Shown here piece after piece: positions 1 through 10,311 of a stretch of 64,000 nucleotides of DNA; position 1 is the first letter of the stretch, and every line of letters begins with the position of its first letter. The position numbers and the translations under genes were made by a program. Source of the stretch: Fidelibacterota bacterium. Lineage in GTDB: Bacteria > Fidelibacterota > Marinisomatia > SCGC-AAA003-L08 > GCA-2689995. Where the stretch lies: the NCBI GenBank assembly GCA_002689995.1, contig NZIV01000062.1, positions 76,447-140,446 of the forward strand, read 5' to 3'. Under the pieces are notes generated by a model. The model saw nothing but the letters and a program-made list of their open reading frames with translations. It did not search any database and was not told the origin of the DNA.

Positions 1-1297
1 CACTACGTTCAGCATGAAGAGCTTGTAATTCTTCCTTTTGTTTAATTTTTTCTATTGAATTTAATAAATCATCATTATCAATTTTATGAAATTCTTCCCC
101 TAAATCAGGGATTATAAAATTTTCAGGATTTGAAGGAGCTAGCATTTCTCTACCCTTATCAGTTAAATCAATAACTCCAGACTTTTCTTCTATACTAAAA
201 AATAGCTGTTCATCAATTTCATGTAGTTTTTTATCTCTTAGATAATCATTCTCAACAGAATGGATTAACTTTTTAGTTCCTTTTAATTGATATAATTTCA
301 TCAAACGCTTGTGTTTTGGCATTCCACGTTGTGCCAACAGCAAGGCCTCACCCGCTTTATAGTTATCCTTACTGAGCATCTCTTCAATATCAGTTAACTT
401 GGAAGTAACGAGTGACATCTGCTGACGAATTACATTTTCAATAGATCGCTTATATTCTTGGTATTTTTGATTTTTAGGAGCATCAACTTGTCCTGAAATA
501 ATTAAAGGCGTACGCGCTTCATCAATTAATACTGAATCTACTTCGTCTACTATTCCATAAACATGACCAAATTGTACTTGATCTTCAGGACTTACAGACA
601 TATTATCTCTTAAATAATCAAATCCAAATTCATTATTTGTACCATAGGTTATATCTTTACTGTATTCTATTTTTCTATCAGCGGGTGACATTTGGTTTAA
701 AATACAACCAAATGTTAACCCTAAGTAAGAGTACAAATGACCCATCCACTGACTATCACGTTGGGCTAAATAGTCATTAACAGTAATGACATGAACTCCT
801 CTACCTGTCAAAGCATTCAATACAATTGGTAGAGTTGAAACAAGAGTCTTTCCCTCACCAGTTTTCATCTCAGCTATACTTCCTTCGTGTAAAACAATTC
901 CACCCATTAACTGAACATCATAATGAATCATATCCCATTTCATTGTCTGTTTCATTACTTGAAATTCAGTTCCTACTAATCTTCGAGAAGCATCTTTGAC
1001 AATAGCGAATACTTCAGGTAATATTTCATTTAAATATTTTTGTTCAGCCTTGTAAATAGATTCATCTAGGTCTTTTCTAGATAAGTTTTCAGCCTCACCC
1101 TGAATTTTAATATTCTCACGAATATTTCTAACTTCATCTCGGTGGAATTGAATTTGCAATTTAAGCTTTTCTTCAGACCAATTTTTGATTGTATTAAATT
1201 TTTCATTAATTACGTTAATCTGAGGAGATATTCTTTTTATATCCTTGTCAGATTTTTTACCGAATACTTTTGTTAATACTTTTGTAAATAGAGACAT
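1..1297 (-). CDS. secA: Preprotein translocase ATPase SecA, N-terminal ~432 codons. The gene continues beyond the window start.
   Basis: Not in the ORF track because there is no stop in the window. Hand translation from the ATG at 1297 gives [32 protein letters not shown]. Walker [12 protein letters not shown] lies near 850-880 and [19 protein letters not shown] near 495-555. Confidence 0.9.
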   Translation of the reverse strand, partial: MSLFTKVLTKVFGKKSDKDIKRISPQINVINEKFNTIKNWSEEKLKLQIQFHRDEVRNIRENIKIQGEAENLSRKDLDESIYKAEQKYLNEILPEVFAIVKDASRRLVGTEFQVMKQTMKWDMIHYDVQLMGGIVLHEGSIAEMKTGEGKTLVSTLPIVLNALTGRGVHVITVNDYLAQRDSQWMGHLYSYLGLTFGCILNQMSPADRKIEYSKDITYGTNNEFGFDYLRDNMSVSPEDQVQFGHVYGIVDEVDSVLIDEARTPLIISGQVDAPKNQKYQEYKRSIENVIRQQMSLVTSKLTDIEEMLSKDNYKAGEALLLAQRGMPKHKRLMKLYQLKGTKKLIHSVENDYLRDKKLHEIDEQLFFSIEEKSGVIDLTDKGREMLAPSNPENFIIPDLGEEFHKIDNDDLLNSIEKIKQKEELQALHAERS

Positions 1298-1298
1298 T

Positions 1299-1733
1299 TT
1301 AGTTTAAAATATATTCACCTTTGTTCATTTTTTTAAATACTGCATCTAAAATTCCATTAACAAATGGACCACTATCTTTAGTCCCAAAGACCTTAGATAT
1401 TTCCACTGCCTCTGAAATTGAAACTTTATAAGGAATATCTTCAAAATGAAGCATTTCTGTTATAGCCAACCTTAAGACAATTTTATCCGTAAGAGCTATG
1501 CGTTTTAATTCCCAATTTTTAGAATTATCGTCGATTATTCTATCTATTTTTTTTATATTTTTCTGAGCAATTTTCACTAGATTCAAACTATATTTTTGAA
1601 TATTTTCTATATGTAAATTATTATCTGAAAAACAATTTTTCAATAAATTTTCAGGAGAATTGTCAGACAATTCACATCCATAGGCCAGCTGTACAGCTAA
1701 AACGCGTGATTTACGTCTATCTTTTGGTAGCAT
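1299..1733 (-). CDS. nusB: Transcription antitermination factor NusB
   Basis: 144 aa with a NusB-like N-terminus ([17 protein letters not shown]) and typical size. Sits 1 nt from the secA start and overlaps the upstream stop by 1 nt. Confidence 0.8.
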   Translation of the reverse strand: MLPKDRRKSRVLAVQLAYGCELSDNSPENLLKNCFSDNNLHIENIQKYSLNLVKIAQKNIKKIDRIIDDNSKNWELKRIALTDKIVLRLAITEMLHFEDIPYKVSISEAVEISKVFGTKDSGPFVNGILDAVFKKMNKGEYILN

Positions 1734-2824
1734 TAAATCCTAATTTTCTTAACTGAAGAAGTATATATTGACTTTAAATCACCCAACATCCTAATTCGCT
1801 CTTCAGCGAGATAATCAGATGCAATATTTGTTGGGATATCAGCTTCTTGTGATCGTTTAAAAATAGCCATAAGCGTGTCATAAATCCCTTCAGCTTGATT
1901 AAATGCTCGTTCACGATTGTAACCTTCAAGCTCATTAGATACATTTATGAGCCCGCCGGCATTAATCACATAATCTGGAGCTACTAAAATTCCTCGTGAC
2001 ATCAGAGCCTTACCATGTTCATGAGATTTTTCTAATTGATTATTTGCAGCACCAGCAATAATTGAACATTTTAACTTTGGAATAGTAATGTCATTTAAAA
2101 CAGCACCTAAAGCGCAAGGAGCGAAAACGTCAATATCTAATTCATAAATTTTATCTAAACCAACTGCAATAGCATTAAAATCTTTCACAGCTTTTTCAAC
2201 CGATTTTTGATCAATATCTGTTACAAAAAGTTTTGCACCATCTTTGTAGAGATAATTAGCAAGATTCATCCCTACATGACCCAATCCCTGAACAGCAATT
2301 TTTAAGCCCTCTAGACTATCCTTGTCTAATTTAGCTTTGACAGCAGCTTTCATTCCAATATAAACACCATATGCTGTTACTATAGAAGGATCCCCACTTC
2401 CACCTAATGCTCGAGAAATACCTGTCACATGATTAGTTTCAGTCCTAACCCACTCCATATCTTTTACTGAGGTACCAACATCTTCCGCTGTAATATAACG
2501 ACCACCTAAACCTTCAACAAAGCGACCAAATGAACGAAATAATGTTTCTGATTTTTCCTTTTTAGAATTACCGAGTATTACAGCTTTACCACCACCTAGG
2601 TTTAATCCTGAGATTGCCGCTTTATATGTCATACCTTTTGATAGACGTAGTACATCAACAAGTGCGGCCTCTTCACTCTCATATTGCCACATTCTACAAC
2701 CGCCTAGTGATGGACCCAAAGTTGTATTATGAATTGCAACGATACCATTTAATCCTGAATTTGGATCTGAAAAAAAATTTACCTGCTCGTGACCTCTTTG
2801 AATCATATTTTCAAAAACTGTCAT
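1733..2824 (-). CDS. Leucine dehydrogenase (Glu/Leu/Phe/Val dehydrogenase family)
   Basis: 363 aa. Motifs GGCRMW, KGMTYKAAISGLNLGGGKAV and the NAD fold GLGHVG are typical of Leu/Val dehydrogenases. Confidence 0.8.
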   Translation of the reverse strand: MTVFENMIQRGHEQVNFFSDPNSGLNGIVAIHNTTLGPSLGGCRMWQYESEEAALVDVLRLSKGMTYKAAISGLNLGGGKAVILGNSKKEKSETLFRSFGRFVEGLGGRYITAEDVGTSVKDMEWVRTETNHVTGISRALGGSGDPSIVTAYGVYIGMKAAVKAKLDKDSLEGLKIAVQGLGHVGMNLANYLYKDGAKLFVTDIDQKSVEKAVKDFNAIAVGLDKIYELDIDVFAPCALGAVLNDITIPKLKCSIIAGAANNQLEKSHEHGKALMSRGILVAPDYVINAGGLINVSNELEGYNRERAFNQAEGIYDTLMAIFKRSQEADIPTNIASDYLAEERIRMLGDLKSIYTSSVKKIRI

Positions 2825-2838
2825 TTTAATTCCTTTTT

Positions 2839-3981
2839 CTATTTTTGAAGTAAATTCCTTGCAATTACAACACGTTGTATTTCAGAAGTACCTTCATAGA
2901 TTTGTGTAATCTTTGCATCTCGCATTAATCTTTCTACCCCAGAATCTTTTATGTATCCATACCCACCATAGATTTGAACACAATTAGTAGAAGCTCGCAT
3001 CGCAACTTCCGAGGCATAAACTTTTGCCATTGATGCTAAATGACTATATTTTTGCCCTGAATCCTTCATCATTGCGGCTTTATGAATCAATAATCTTGCA
3101 GCTTCAATCTCCATCGCCATATCAGCAATTTTAAATTGAATTGTCTGCTGCATAGCTATCGGTTTTGAAAATTGAATTCGCTCTTTAGAATAAGAGATTG
3201 ATGCGTCTAAAGATGCTTGAGCAATACCAATTGCCTGCGATGCAATACCAATTCGACCACCATCTAATGTCGCTAGTGCAATTTTAAACCCATCTCCTTC
3301 TTTTCCAATTCTATTTTCAAGAGGAACCCTTACATTATCAAAATAAAGCTCGCAAGTGTCAGAAGAACGAATACCTAATTTATCTTCTGATTTTCCACAT
3401 TCAAATCCTTGCCAACCTTTTTCAATTATAAATGCTGAAATTCCTTTATGCCCAATTCCTTGCTTAGTAATTGCAAATAATATCACATAATCACAATTAA
3501 TCCCATTTGTCACCCAGTTTTTAGTACCATGAACAATATAATGATCACCATTTAGCGTTGCAATAGTTTGCATATTTGAAGCATCAGACCCTGACTGAGG
3601 TTCAGATAATGAGAAAGCCCCAAGTTTTTTACCTCTTGCAAGAGAAAGTAAATATTTTTGTTTTAATTCCTCGCTTGCAAACTTTTCTAATAAATAACAT
3701 ACCAAAGAATTATTTACAGACATAATAACAGATGCTGATGCATCTGCTTTTGAAATTTCCTCCATTGCAATTGTGTAGGATACAGTATCCATTCCGCCAC
3801 CACCATATTCTTCAGAGACCATCATACCCATAAATCCAAGCTCACCTAATTTCTGTATTGCCTCTTTTGGCCATATTTTTTTTTCATCTCGTTCAATAGC
3901 TCCTTGAACTAATTCTGAAATTGAAAATTCACGTGCTGTTTTTTTTACTAATAATTGCTCTTCTGTTAAAAAAAAATCCAT
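2839..3981 (-). CDS. Short/branched-chain acyl-CoA dehydrogenase
   Basis: The start was trimmed to the ATG at 3981 (MDFFLTEEQ), because the track ORF extension overlaps the upstream gene. ACAD motifs are present (SEPQSGSDA, TNG, YEGTSEIQR). Confidence 0.85.
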   Translation of the reverse strand: MDFFLTEEQLLVKKTAREFSISELVQGAIERDEKKIWPKEAIQKLGELGFMGMMVSEEYGGGGMDTVSYTIAMEEISKADASASVIMSVNNSLVCYLLEKFASEELKQKYLLSLARGKKLGAFSLSEPQSGSDASNMQTIATLNGDHYIVHGTKNWVTNGINCDYVILFAITKQGIGHKGISAFIIEKGWQGFECGKSEDKLGIRSSDTCELYFDNVRVPLENRIGKEGDGFKIALATLDGGRIGIASQAIGIAQASLDASISYSKERIQFSKPIAMQQTIQFKIADMAMEIEAARLLIHKAAMMKDSGQKYSHLASMAKVYASEVAMRASTNCVQIYGGYGYIKDSGVERLMRDAKITQIYEGTSEIQRVVIARNLLQK

Positions 3982-3983
3982 AA

Positions 3984-4835
3984 CTACCTCTTGTAAGAAT
4001 AAAATCCTTGTCCTGATTTTCGTCCAACCATACCTGAATCTACCATTTTTCTCAAAAGAGGGCATGGCCTATATTTACTATCACCTAATTCTTTGTGTAA
4101 TACTTCTAAAATTGCAAGGCACACATCAAGTCCTATTAAGTCAGCTAGAGCTAATGGCCCCATTGGATGAGCCATTCCTAACTTCATAATTTGATCAATA
4201 GCTTCAGTACCTGCAACACCTTCCATTTTACAATATACTGCTTCATTAATCATAGGCATTAAAATTCTATTTGCTATAAATCCAGGATAATCATTGCATT
4301 CAATTGGAATTTTATTTAGGTCTTTTGAAATTTCTATAATTTTTTGAGTAGTTTCATCAGAAGTTAAAAGTCCACGAATAACTTCAATTAATTTCATCAT
4401 AGGTACTGGATTCATAAAATGCATTCCTATTACTTTTCCAGGCCTATTAGTTATTCCGCCAATTTTAGTAATAGAAATAGAAGAAGTATTTGTAGCTAAA
4501 ATTGCATCATTAATACATAATTCATCTAACTTAGAAAAAATGTTAGATTTAATTTTCAAATTTTCTGTGGCTGCTTCAATAACTAAACTGCATGATTTAA
4601 GGGAGTTTAACTGCGTACTTGTAGATATATTGCCTAAAAAAATTTCTTTAGTTTTCTGCGTAATAAGCTCTTTTTTAACTTGTCTGTCCATATTTTTAGA
4701 AATAGTTTGCAATCCTTTTTCTAAGTAATTTGAATTAATATCAACCAGTACTACAGAATAGTTAGATTGTGCGAAAGTATGAGCAATTCCATTCCCCATT
4801 GTCCCCGCACCTATTACACCAATTTGATTTTTCAA
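3984..4835 (-). CDS. hbd: 3-hydroxybutyryl/3-hydroxyacyl-CoA dehydrogenase
   Basis: 283 aa. N-terminal Rossmann motif GVIGAGTMGNGIA and the HFMNPVP motif of the 3HCDH family. Confidence 0.85.
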   Translation of the reverse strand: MKNQIGVIGAGTMGNGIAHTFAQSNYSVVLVDINSNYLEKGLQTISKNMDRQVKKELITQKTKEIFLGNISTSTQLNSLKSCSLVIEAATENLKIKSNIFSKLDELCINDAILATNTSSISITKIGGITNRPGKVIGMHFMNPVPMMKLIEVIRGLLTSDETTQKIIEISKDLNKIPIECNDYPGFIANRILMPMINEAVYCKMEGVAGTEAIDQIMKLGMAHPMGPLALADLIGLDVCLAILEVLHKELGDSKYRPCPLLRKMVDSGMVGRKSGQGFYSYKR

Positions 4836-5008
4836 TAAACCTCTTTTTTTTAGTGGCCATTAATTAAATTCTACCAAAGTATATAATTTACACAATTTTC
4901 TATTATCATTTACTTTACTAAAGCATAATAACAAATTAGTAGAAATTGGTCTAACTTAAATTTTAATTTACGAAGCTAATTTATAAAAAATAAACTGACT
5001 TATATTCG

Positions 5009-5701
5009 ATGAAATTTTTAATTCCACCTAGTGAAGGAAAATCAACTAATAATTTAACAAATATCCCATTCAAAGAAACTGATTTCAAGTTTAAAAAACA
5101 AGTCAATGAAATAATTAAAAAATTAAAAAATATGAAATCAGATGAAATTAAAAATATTTATGGTTTGAAAGTTGAAAAAGCTCAATTAATTCATAAAATA
5201 AATTTAAATATAAAAAATGAGTTATGCTCCCCTGCAATAAACAGATATTCAGGAGTTGTATTTACCAATATTCAATTTGATACTTTCAATCAAAATGAAA
5301 AAGATTTTTTTTATAAAAATTTTGTGATTTTTAGTGGCTTATTTGGCATGATATCACCTAATACACTAATCCCAAACTACAAATTAAAAATGAATACTTT
5401 TCAATTGTATAATTTATGGAAACCTATTCTTAGCAATGAATTAATAAAAGAAAACTCTATAATTGACTTATTACCACAAATTCATAAGAAAGCTTATTTA
5501 CAAAATGAAAATTGTATAAATATTGACTTTGCAATATTTAAAAATGGTAAAAAAATACCAGCGGGTCATTTTGGGAAAGCAATAAAAGGAAAATTCATTA
5601 GATTTATTTGCAAAAATCAAATAACAAAATTTGAAGATTTAATTCAATTTAATGATGATAACTTTAAATGGGATGGTAAAGTTTTTTTTAAAAGTTTCTA
5701 A
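5009..5701 (+). CDS. yaaA: YaaA/DUF328 family (peroxide-stress) protein
   Basis: Carries PPSEGK, AINRYSGVVF and SGLFGMISPNTLIPNYKLKM, motifs I recognise from the DUF328 family. Confidence 0.7.
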   Translation: MKFLIPPSEGKSTNNLTNIPFKETDFKFKKQVNEIIKKLKNMKSDEIKNIYGLKVEKAQLIHKINLNIKNELCSPAINRYSGVVFTNIQFDTFNQNEKDFFYKNFVIFSGLFGMISPNTLIPNYKLKMNTFQLYNLWKPILSNELIKENSIIDLLPQIHKKAYLQNENCINIDFAIFKNGKKIPAGHFGKAIKGKFIRFICKNQITKFEDLIQFNDDNFKWDGKVFFKSF

Positions 5702-6010
5702 GTCTATTTTATACTAAATATATTTTTTTATAAATTTAATATCATTAGATTATTTGAAATTTATTTTTTTCATAATTAAAAATAGTAAATTAGTAGTCTA
5801 AAAATTTACAAACTAAGAAAAGCTTTAATTTTATTATCATGATTTAATGATAATATCATATTGATTATTAGCAAAAAGTAAAAATAACTCAGTATGAGTA
5901 CAGCAACATAGTCTCATTTCTTTTTAAAAAATAATAATTAAATCAAAGAATTGAAATATGTGTAAATTTCGGACTTATTTTTTTTATTTTATATTAAAAT
6001 AGGATATTAT

Positions 6011-7168
6011 ATGATTATTTCCATTCCAAAGGAAATCACTCCTGGTGAAAATCGTGTTGCTATTATTCCTGCAACAGTAAAGGAGTATTTAAAAAAAGGT
6101 AATATTGTACAAATAGAGTCTGGAGCAGGATTAGGCTCCTATATTTCTGATGATGAATTTCAATCAGTAGGTGCTGAAATCATTAATGACACTAAAGCAA
6201 TTTTTAAAAATGCTGATCTTATTTTAAAAGTTAATTCACCAACAATGAACCATGAATTAGATTCTCATGAAGTAGATTTAATGAAAGAAGGAGCTGGTTT
6301 TATTTCCTTTTTTCAAACTACAATCGAAAAAGAAGTAGTGCAAAAATTAACTTCAAAGAAAATCAGTGGGTTTTCTATGCATCTTGTCCCAAGAACAACA
6401 TTGGCACAAAAAATGGATGCGCTAAGTTCACAAAGTAATATAGCTGGATATAAATCAGTATTAGTTGGAGCTAGTCATATCGGAAAATATATGCCTCTTT
6501 TAATGACTGCAGCCGGTACAATTCAGCCTGCAAAAGTATTAATAATTGGTGCTGGTGTCGCGGGACTTCAAGCTATCGCAACAGCAAAAAGATTAGGAGC
6601 CCAAGTTGAAGCTTTTGATGTAAGACCAGTTGTAAAAGAGCAAGTTGAGAGTCTAGGTGCAAAATTTATTGAAGTTCATGCTGAGGAAGATGAAGGTGTT
6701 GGAGAAGGTGGTTATGCTAAAGAGACTTCTGATGAATACAAACAAAAACAGGCAGATTTGTTAAAAGTGCATATTGCAAAATCAGATTTAATAATCACTA
6801 CTGCATTAATACCCGGAAAACCAGCTCCAAAAATTATTACTGAAGAAATGGTCAAAGGAATGCATGGTGGTTCTGCTATAATGGACTTAGCCTCAGAAAA
6901 TGGTGGAAATTGTGAACTAACAAAACCCGGGAAAGTATTTAAAATAAATGGTGTTATTATTGATGGATCATTTAATATCCCAGGAACTATGCCAATTCAT
7001 GCAAGCCAAGTTTATTCAAAAAATGTAAGTGCTTTAGTAAACTATATTTGTCCAGAAGGAAAATTAGAATTTGATATAGAAGATGAAATTGTATCGGGAT
7101 CAATGTTTACACATAATGGTAAAATCACTGATAAACGTACTTCTGACGCATTAAAAGGAGATGCATAA
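6011..7168 (+). CDS. pntAA: NAD(P) transhydrogenase alpha subunit, part 1 (dI domain)
   Basis: 385 aa, alanine-dehydrogenase/PNT-like, with the GAGVAGLQAIATAKRLGA NAD site. Followed by pntAB and pntB. Confidence 0.9.
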   Translation: MIISIPKEITPGENRVAIIPATVKEYLKKGNIVQIESGAGLGSYISDDEFQSVGAEIINDTKAIFKNADLILKVNSPTMNHELDSHEVDLMKEGAGFISFFQTTIEKEVVQKLTSKKISGFSMHLVPRTTLAQKMDALSSQSNIAGYKSVLVGASHIGKYMPLLMTAAGTIQPAKVLIIGAGVAGLQAIATAKRLGAQVEAFDVRPVVKEQVESLGAKFIEVHAEEDEGVGEGGYAKETSDEYKQKQADLLKVHIAKSDLIITTALIPGKPAPKIITEEMVKGMHGGSAIMDLASENGGNCELTKPGKVFKINGVIIDGSFNIPGTMPIHASQVYSKNVSALVNYICPEGKLEFDIEDEIVSGSMFTHNGKITDKRTSDALKGDA

Positions 7169-7441
7169 ATGGATATGATTAATATCTTAACAGTTTTTAT
7201 TCTTGCAATTTTTGTAGGGAATGAAATCATAAATAAAGTACCACCGACTCTGCATACACCGTTAATGTCCGGTTCAAATGCAATTTCAGGAATCGCTATC
7301 GTTGGTGCAATTATTGCTACTAAAGTAGATGGAGAATTAGGTACATATCTTGGATTAGTTGCAGTAGTTTTTGCGACTATTAATGTAGTAGGTGGATTTA
7401 TGGTTACAGATCGAATGCTTAAAATGTTTAAGAAGAAGTAG
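7169..7441 (+). CDS. pntAB: NAD(P) transhydrogenase alpha subunit, part 2 (membrane)
   Basis: 90-aa, 3-TM protein with HTPLMSGSNAISGI. Its start abuts the pntAA stop. Confidence 0.85.
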   Translation: MDMINILTVFILAIFVGNEIINKVPPTLHTPLMSGSNAISGIAIVGAIIATKVDGELGTYLGLVAVVFATINVVGGFMVTDRMLKMFKKK

Positions 7442-7449
7442 GAGAAAAA

Positions 7450-8847
7450 TTGGAATATACTAATATTGCTTATGTAATTAGTGCAATTTGTTTTATCATG
7501 GGTATTAAAATGTTATCCCACCCTAAATCAGCAAGAAAAGGAAATAGTATTGCAGCAATTGGAATGCTAATTGCAATTATTGCTACTCTTATTCATCCTG
7601 ATAATTATTTAGAAAATGGTAAACCTTTGATTTCTTTTCAACTAATCAGTATTGGAGTAGTTATTGGTGCAATTATTGGTGGTTTTGCAGCAACTAAAGT
7701 CGAAATGACACAGATGCCTCAATTAGTTGCTATTTTTAATGGATTTGGTGGAGGCGCCTCCGCATTAATTGCAAGTGCAGAATTTTATACACAATACAAC
7801 CAAAATCCCACTAATTTTATGTTAGTTACAATTATTTTATCTGTCGTAATTGGTACATTAACTTTAACAGGAAGTTTTATTGCTTTTGGTAAATTACAAG
7901 GATTCATTTCTGGAAAACCAATTACCTATCCTGCGCAACAGTTATTAAATGGAATAATGGTTTTAATTTTAATAGTTTTGGGGAATTTGATAGTTAGCAA
8001 TTCAATAGAGCTAAATTATTTTTATGGCATTCTAGCAATTTCAGCAATTCTTGGAATTACACTGACCATTCCGATTGGTGGTGCCGACATGCCTGTTGTT
8101 ATTTCATTATTAAATTCTTACTCTGGTGTGGCTGCCGCTGCTACAGGATTTGTTTTAATGAATAATGCATTAATTATAAGTGGAGCACTTGTGGGTGCTT
8201 CAGGATTAATCCTTACACAAATTATGTGTAAAGGTATGAATCGTTCTTTAACAAATGTTATCTTTGGAGCGGTCGGAGGAGACTACAGCAATGCTAGTGA
8301 TAAAACTCAAGAATTAAACATTAAAAGTTATTCAACTGAAGAAGCTGCGATGATTTTCGAAGCATCTGAAAAAGTAATCGTAGTTCCTGGCTATGGACTC
8401 GCTGTTGCACAGGCTCAACATGCAGTAAGGGAAGTTGCTGAATGGCTTGAAACACAAGGAAAGCAAGTTTTATACGCAATCCATCCAGTCGCAGGTAGAA
8501 TGCCTGGACATATGAATGTATTGCTTGCCGAGGCCAACATTCCATATGAACAATTAAAAGACTTAGATGAAATTAATCCCGAATTTGAAGATTGTGATGT
8601 AGCTTTAATTTTAGGTGCAAATGATGTTGTTAATCCAGCTGCAAGACACGACCAGTCTAGTCCAATTTATGGGATGCCAATCTTAAATGTTGATAAAGCT
8701 AGGACTGTGATAATTAATAAAAGATCTATGAATCCAGGATTTGCTGGAATCCAAAATGAATTATTTGGCTATGATAATTCAATAATGGTTTTTGGTGATG
8801 CTAAAGATATGCTTGGTCAACTTATGTCTGACCTAAAAGAATTATAG
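7450..8847 (+). CDS. pntB: NAD(P) transhydrogenase beta subunit
   Basis: 465 aa with a TTG start and AGGAG 6 nt upstream. Polytopic N-terminus plus a dIII domain (VPGYGLAVAQAQH, GANDVVNPAA). Confidence 0.9.
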   Translation: MEYTNIAYVISAICFIMGIKMLSHPKSARKGNSIAAIGMLIAIIATLIHPDNYLENGKPLISFQLISIGVVIGAIIGGFAATKVEMTQMPQLVAIFNGFGGGASALIASAEFYTQYNQNPTNFMLVTIILSVVIGTLTLTGSFIAFGKLQGFISGKPITYPAQQLLNGIMVLILIVLGNLIVSNSIELNYFYGILAISAILGITLTIPIGGADMPVVISLLNSYSGVAAAATGFVLMNNALIISGALVGASGLILTQIMCKGMNRSLTNVIFGAVGGDYSNASDKTQELNIKSYSTEEAAMIFEASEKVIVVPGYGLAVAQAQHAVREVAEWLETQGKQVLYAIHPVAGRMPGHMNVLLAEANIPYEQLKDLDEINPEFEDCDVALILGANDVVNPAARHDQSSPIYGMPILNVDKARTVIINKRSMNPGFAGIQNELFGYDNSIMVFGDAKDMLGQLMSDLKEL

Positions 8848-9046
8848 TCAATAAAATTAATTTTTAATATTACTAATTATGGAAAAACTAATACGTTAAA
8901 ATGGAAATTTCTATAGCCTACTTAATTAATTTGTAGTATTAATTAAAAATTTTCATAAAAAAGTAAACTATTTATATATATAAATAGACTTATTAAACTG
9001 TATAAAAATTTATTTTAATTATATTAGGCTAAATTTTATTGCGTTT

Positions 9047-9883
9047 TTACCAGTCATCATCTTCATCTTCATCTTCAAGGTATTCTGCTTCTTCTTCAAG
9101 AAATGCAAGAAATTCTTCTTCAGTTTCAACAGTTAAATAGCCTTTCATACGGTAATGTGAATTACCACACAGTTGAGCACAAGCAATTTCATAACCCATA
9201 CCTTCACGGGCACTTCCAATAATTTCATTTATAAAATCTTCAGACGTTTTATTAGGTGTAAAAAATATGGGGATGCTCATGCCTGGAATAGCGTCTTGCT
9301 TTACACGCATCTCTGGTAAAGCAAAATTATGTATTACATCCTTGGACGTTAAATAAATCATTGCCATCTTATTCACTGGTAAATGTAATTGATTTATAGT
9401 GACAATATCATCTGCTCCAGTAGGACTAGATCTATCTATTCCTACTGGATTTGTTTCTTCATCAACTAATTGTGGTTTAGTTGGACCAAATATACCATCA
9501 TTACCGGGATAATGTATGTTCCAAGCAAATTGTTGAGCAATAACCCTTACTTGTACCATTTCATTCGTTACGGAAGGAACGTTTGTCTTTAAACTTGCCC
9601 AAATAGGAAAAGCAAATGCAATTAATAAAAATGCCTCAAAACCTATTATACCAATTTCAGCGTATTTACTATAATTGGACTGAACACCTTTATAATCAGC
9701 TGATGGATTAGATTTTGCCCTAAATTTAACTACGGTATATATGAAAAATGACCCCCAGCCAATAAATAATATCAACATTAACCAATGTACCCAACCATTC
9801 ATATAATCAATCTTAAGACCATGCTCTGAGGCAACAGAGGGCAAACCTAGGTAATTACTTAATTTTCCAAGCGATTCAATCAT
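9047..9883 (-). CDS. coxB: Cytochrome c oxidase subunit II. CuA domain only, with no fused cytochrome c, and an acidic C-terminal tail.
   Basis: Two N-terminal TM segments. CuA ligands are HNFALPEM and CAQLCGNSHYRM. Ends in EDEDEDDDW. Confidence 0.85.
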   Translation of the reverse strand: MIESLGKLSNYLGLPSVASEHGLKIDYMNGWVHWLMLILFIGWGSFFIYTVVKFRAKSNPSADYKGVQSNYSKYAEIGIIGFEAFLLIAFAFPIWASLKTNVPSVTNEMVQVRVIAQQFAWNIHYPGNDGIFGPTKPQLVDEETNPVGIDRSSPTGADDIVTINQLHLPVNKMAMIYLTSKDVIHNFALPEMRVKQDAIPGMSIPIFFTPNKTSEDFINEIIGSAREGMGYEIACAQLCGNSHYRMKGYLTVETEEEFLAFLEEEAEYLEDEDEDDDW

Positions 9884-10108
9884 TTAATCGTCTCCTAAAT
9901 TATTATTTATCAATTTTGCTCTACGATAAAAGTATGAGATTGAAAATATTATACTCAATAGAATAAAACCTATTATAGATAATAGAAAAATTATAGCTTT
10001 ATTCATACCATCAGTCATTGGTGACTCTGGATCTCCATAACAAACTGCACATGCATGAATAATATGTGGTAAAAACAATATTGTACTGATAAAAATATTC
10101 TTAATCAT
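9884..10108 (-). CDS. Small membrane protein with a CxxC motif (unassigned) inside the cox operon
   Basis: 74 aa with two hydrophobic segments flanking HACAVCYGDPESPMTDGMN. Has an ATGA overlap with the upstream ORF and abuts the coxB start. Confidence 0.5.
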   Translation of the reverse strand: MIKNIFISTILFLPHIIHACAVCYGDPESPMTDGMNKAIIFLLSIIGFILLSIIFSISYFYRRAKLINNNLGDD

Positions 10109-10311
10109 AAATAACTAATAGATTTATATTTAGTAATAAAGTTTTTAAAATAAAATATTCCCAGACAAGTTATAATTATACTTAAAATAGAAGTGAAAGC
10201 ATGAATATAACTTTTAGTTTCTAAATATTGTAAGCCATAATATCCTGCTAAAAATATAAATAGAATAATTGTAGCTGAAGTAAAAACTAGATGAAAAGAC
10301 TTAAGACTCAT
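10105..10311 (-). CDS. Small 2-TM membrane protein (unassigned) inside the cox operon
   Basis: 68 aa with two hydrophobic helices. Start and stop overlaps with both neighbours suggest translational coupling. Confidence 0.4.
   Translation of the reverse strand: MSLKSFHLVFTSATIILFIFLAGYYGLQYLETKSYIHAFTSILSIIITCLGIFYFKNFITKYKSISYL

Noticed and set aside
2614-2829. Short ORFs antisense to or embedded in well-supported genes, first group: 2614-2829, 4540-4728, 7042-7230, 8321-8545, 10396-10650, 11841-12065, 14610-14822, 20718-21026, 26660-26854, 28598-28813
   Set aside because: Each lies entirely within a longer ORF with clear family motifs on the opposite strand. Their translations are low-complexity, with no recognisable motifs. 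They are typical shadow ORFs.
3982-4065. N-terminal extension of track ORF 2839..4065
   Set aside because: It overlaps the 3' end of the hbd gene in another frame. MDFFLTEEQ at 3981 is a typical acyl-CoA dehydrogenase N-terminus.
5833-5854. Inverted repeat ATTATCAT-N6-ATGATAAT upstream of pntAA, a possible operator
   Set aside because: An 8-bp A/T-only inverted repeat is expected by chance in a 309-nt AT-rich spacer. No second copy or associated regulator gene was seen.
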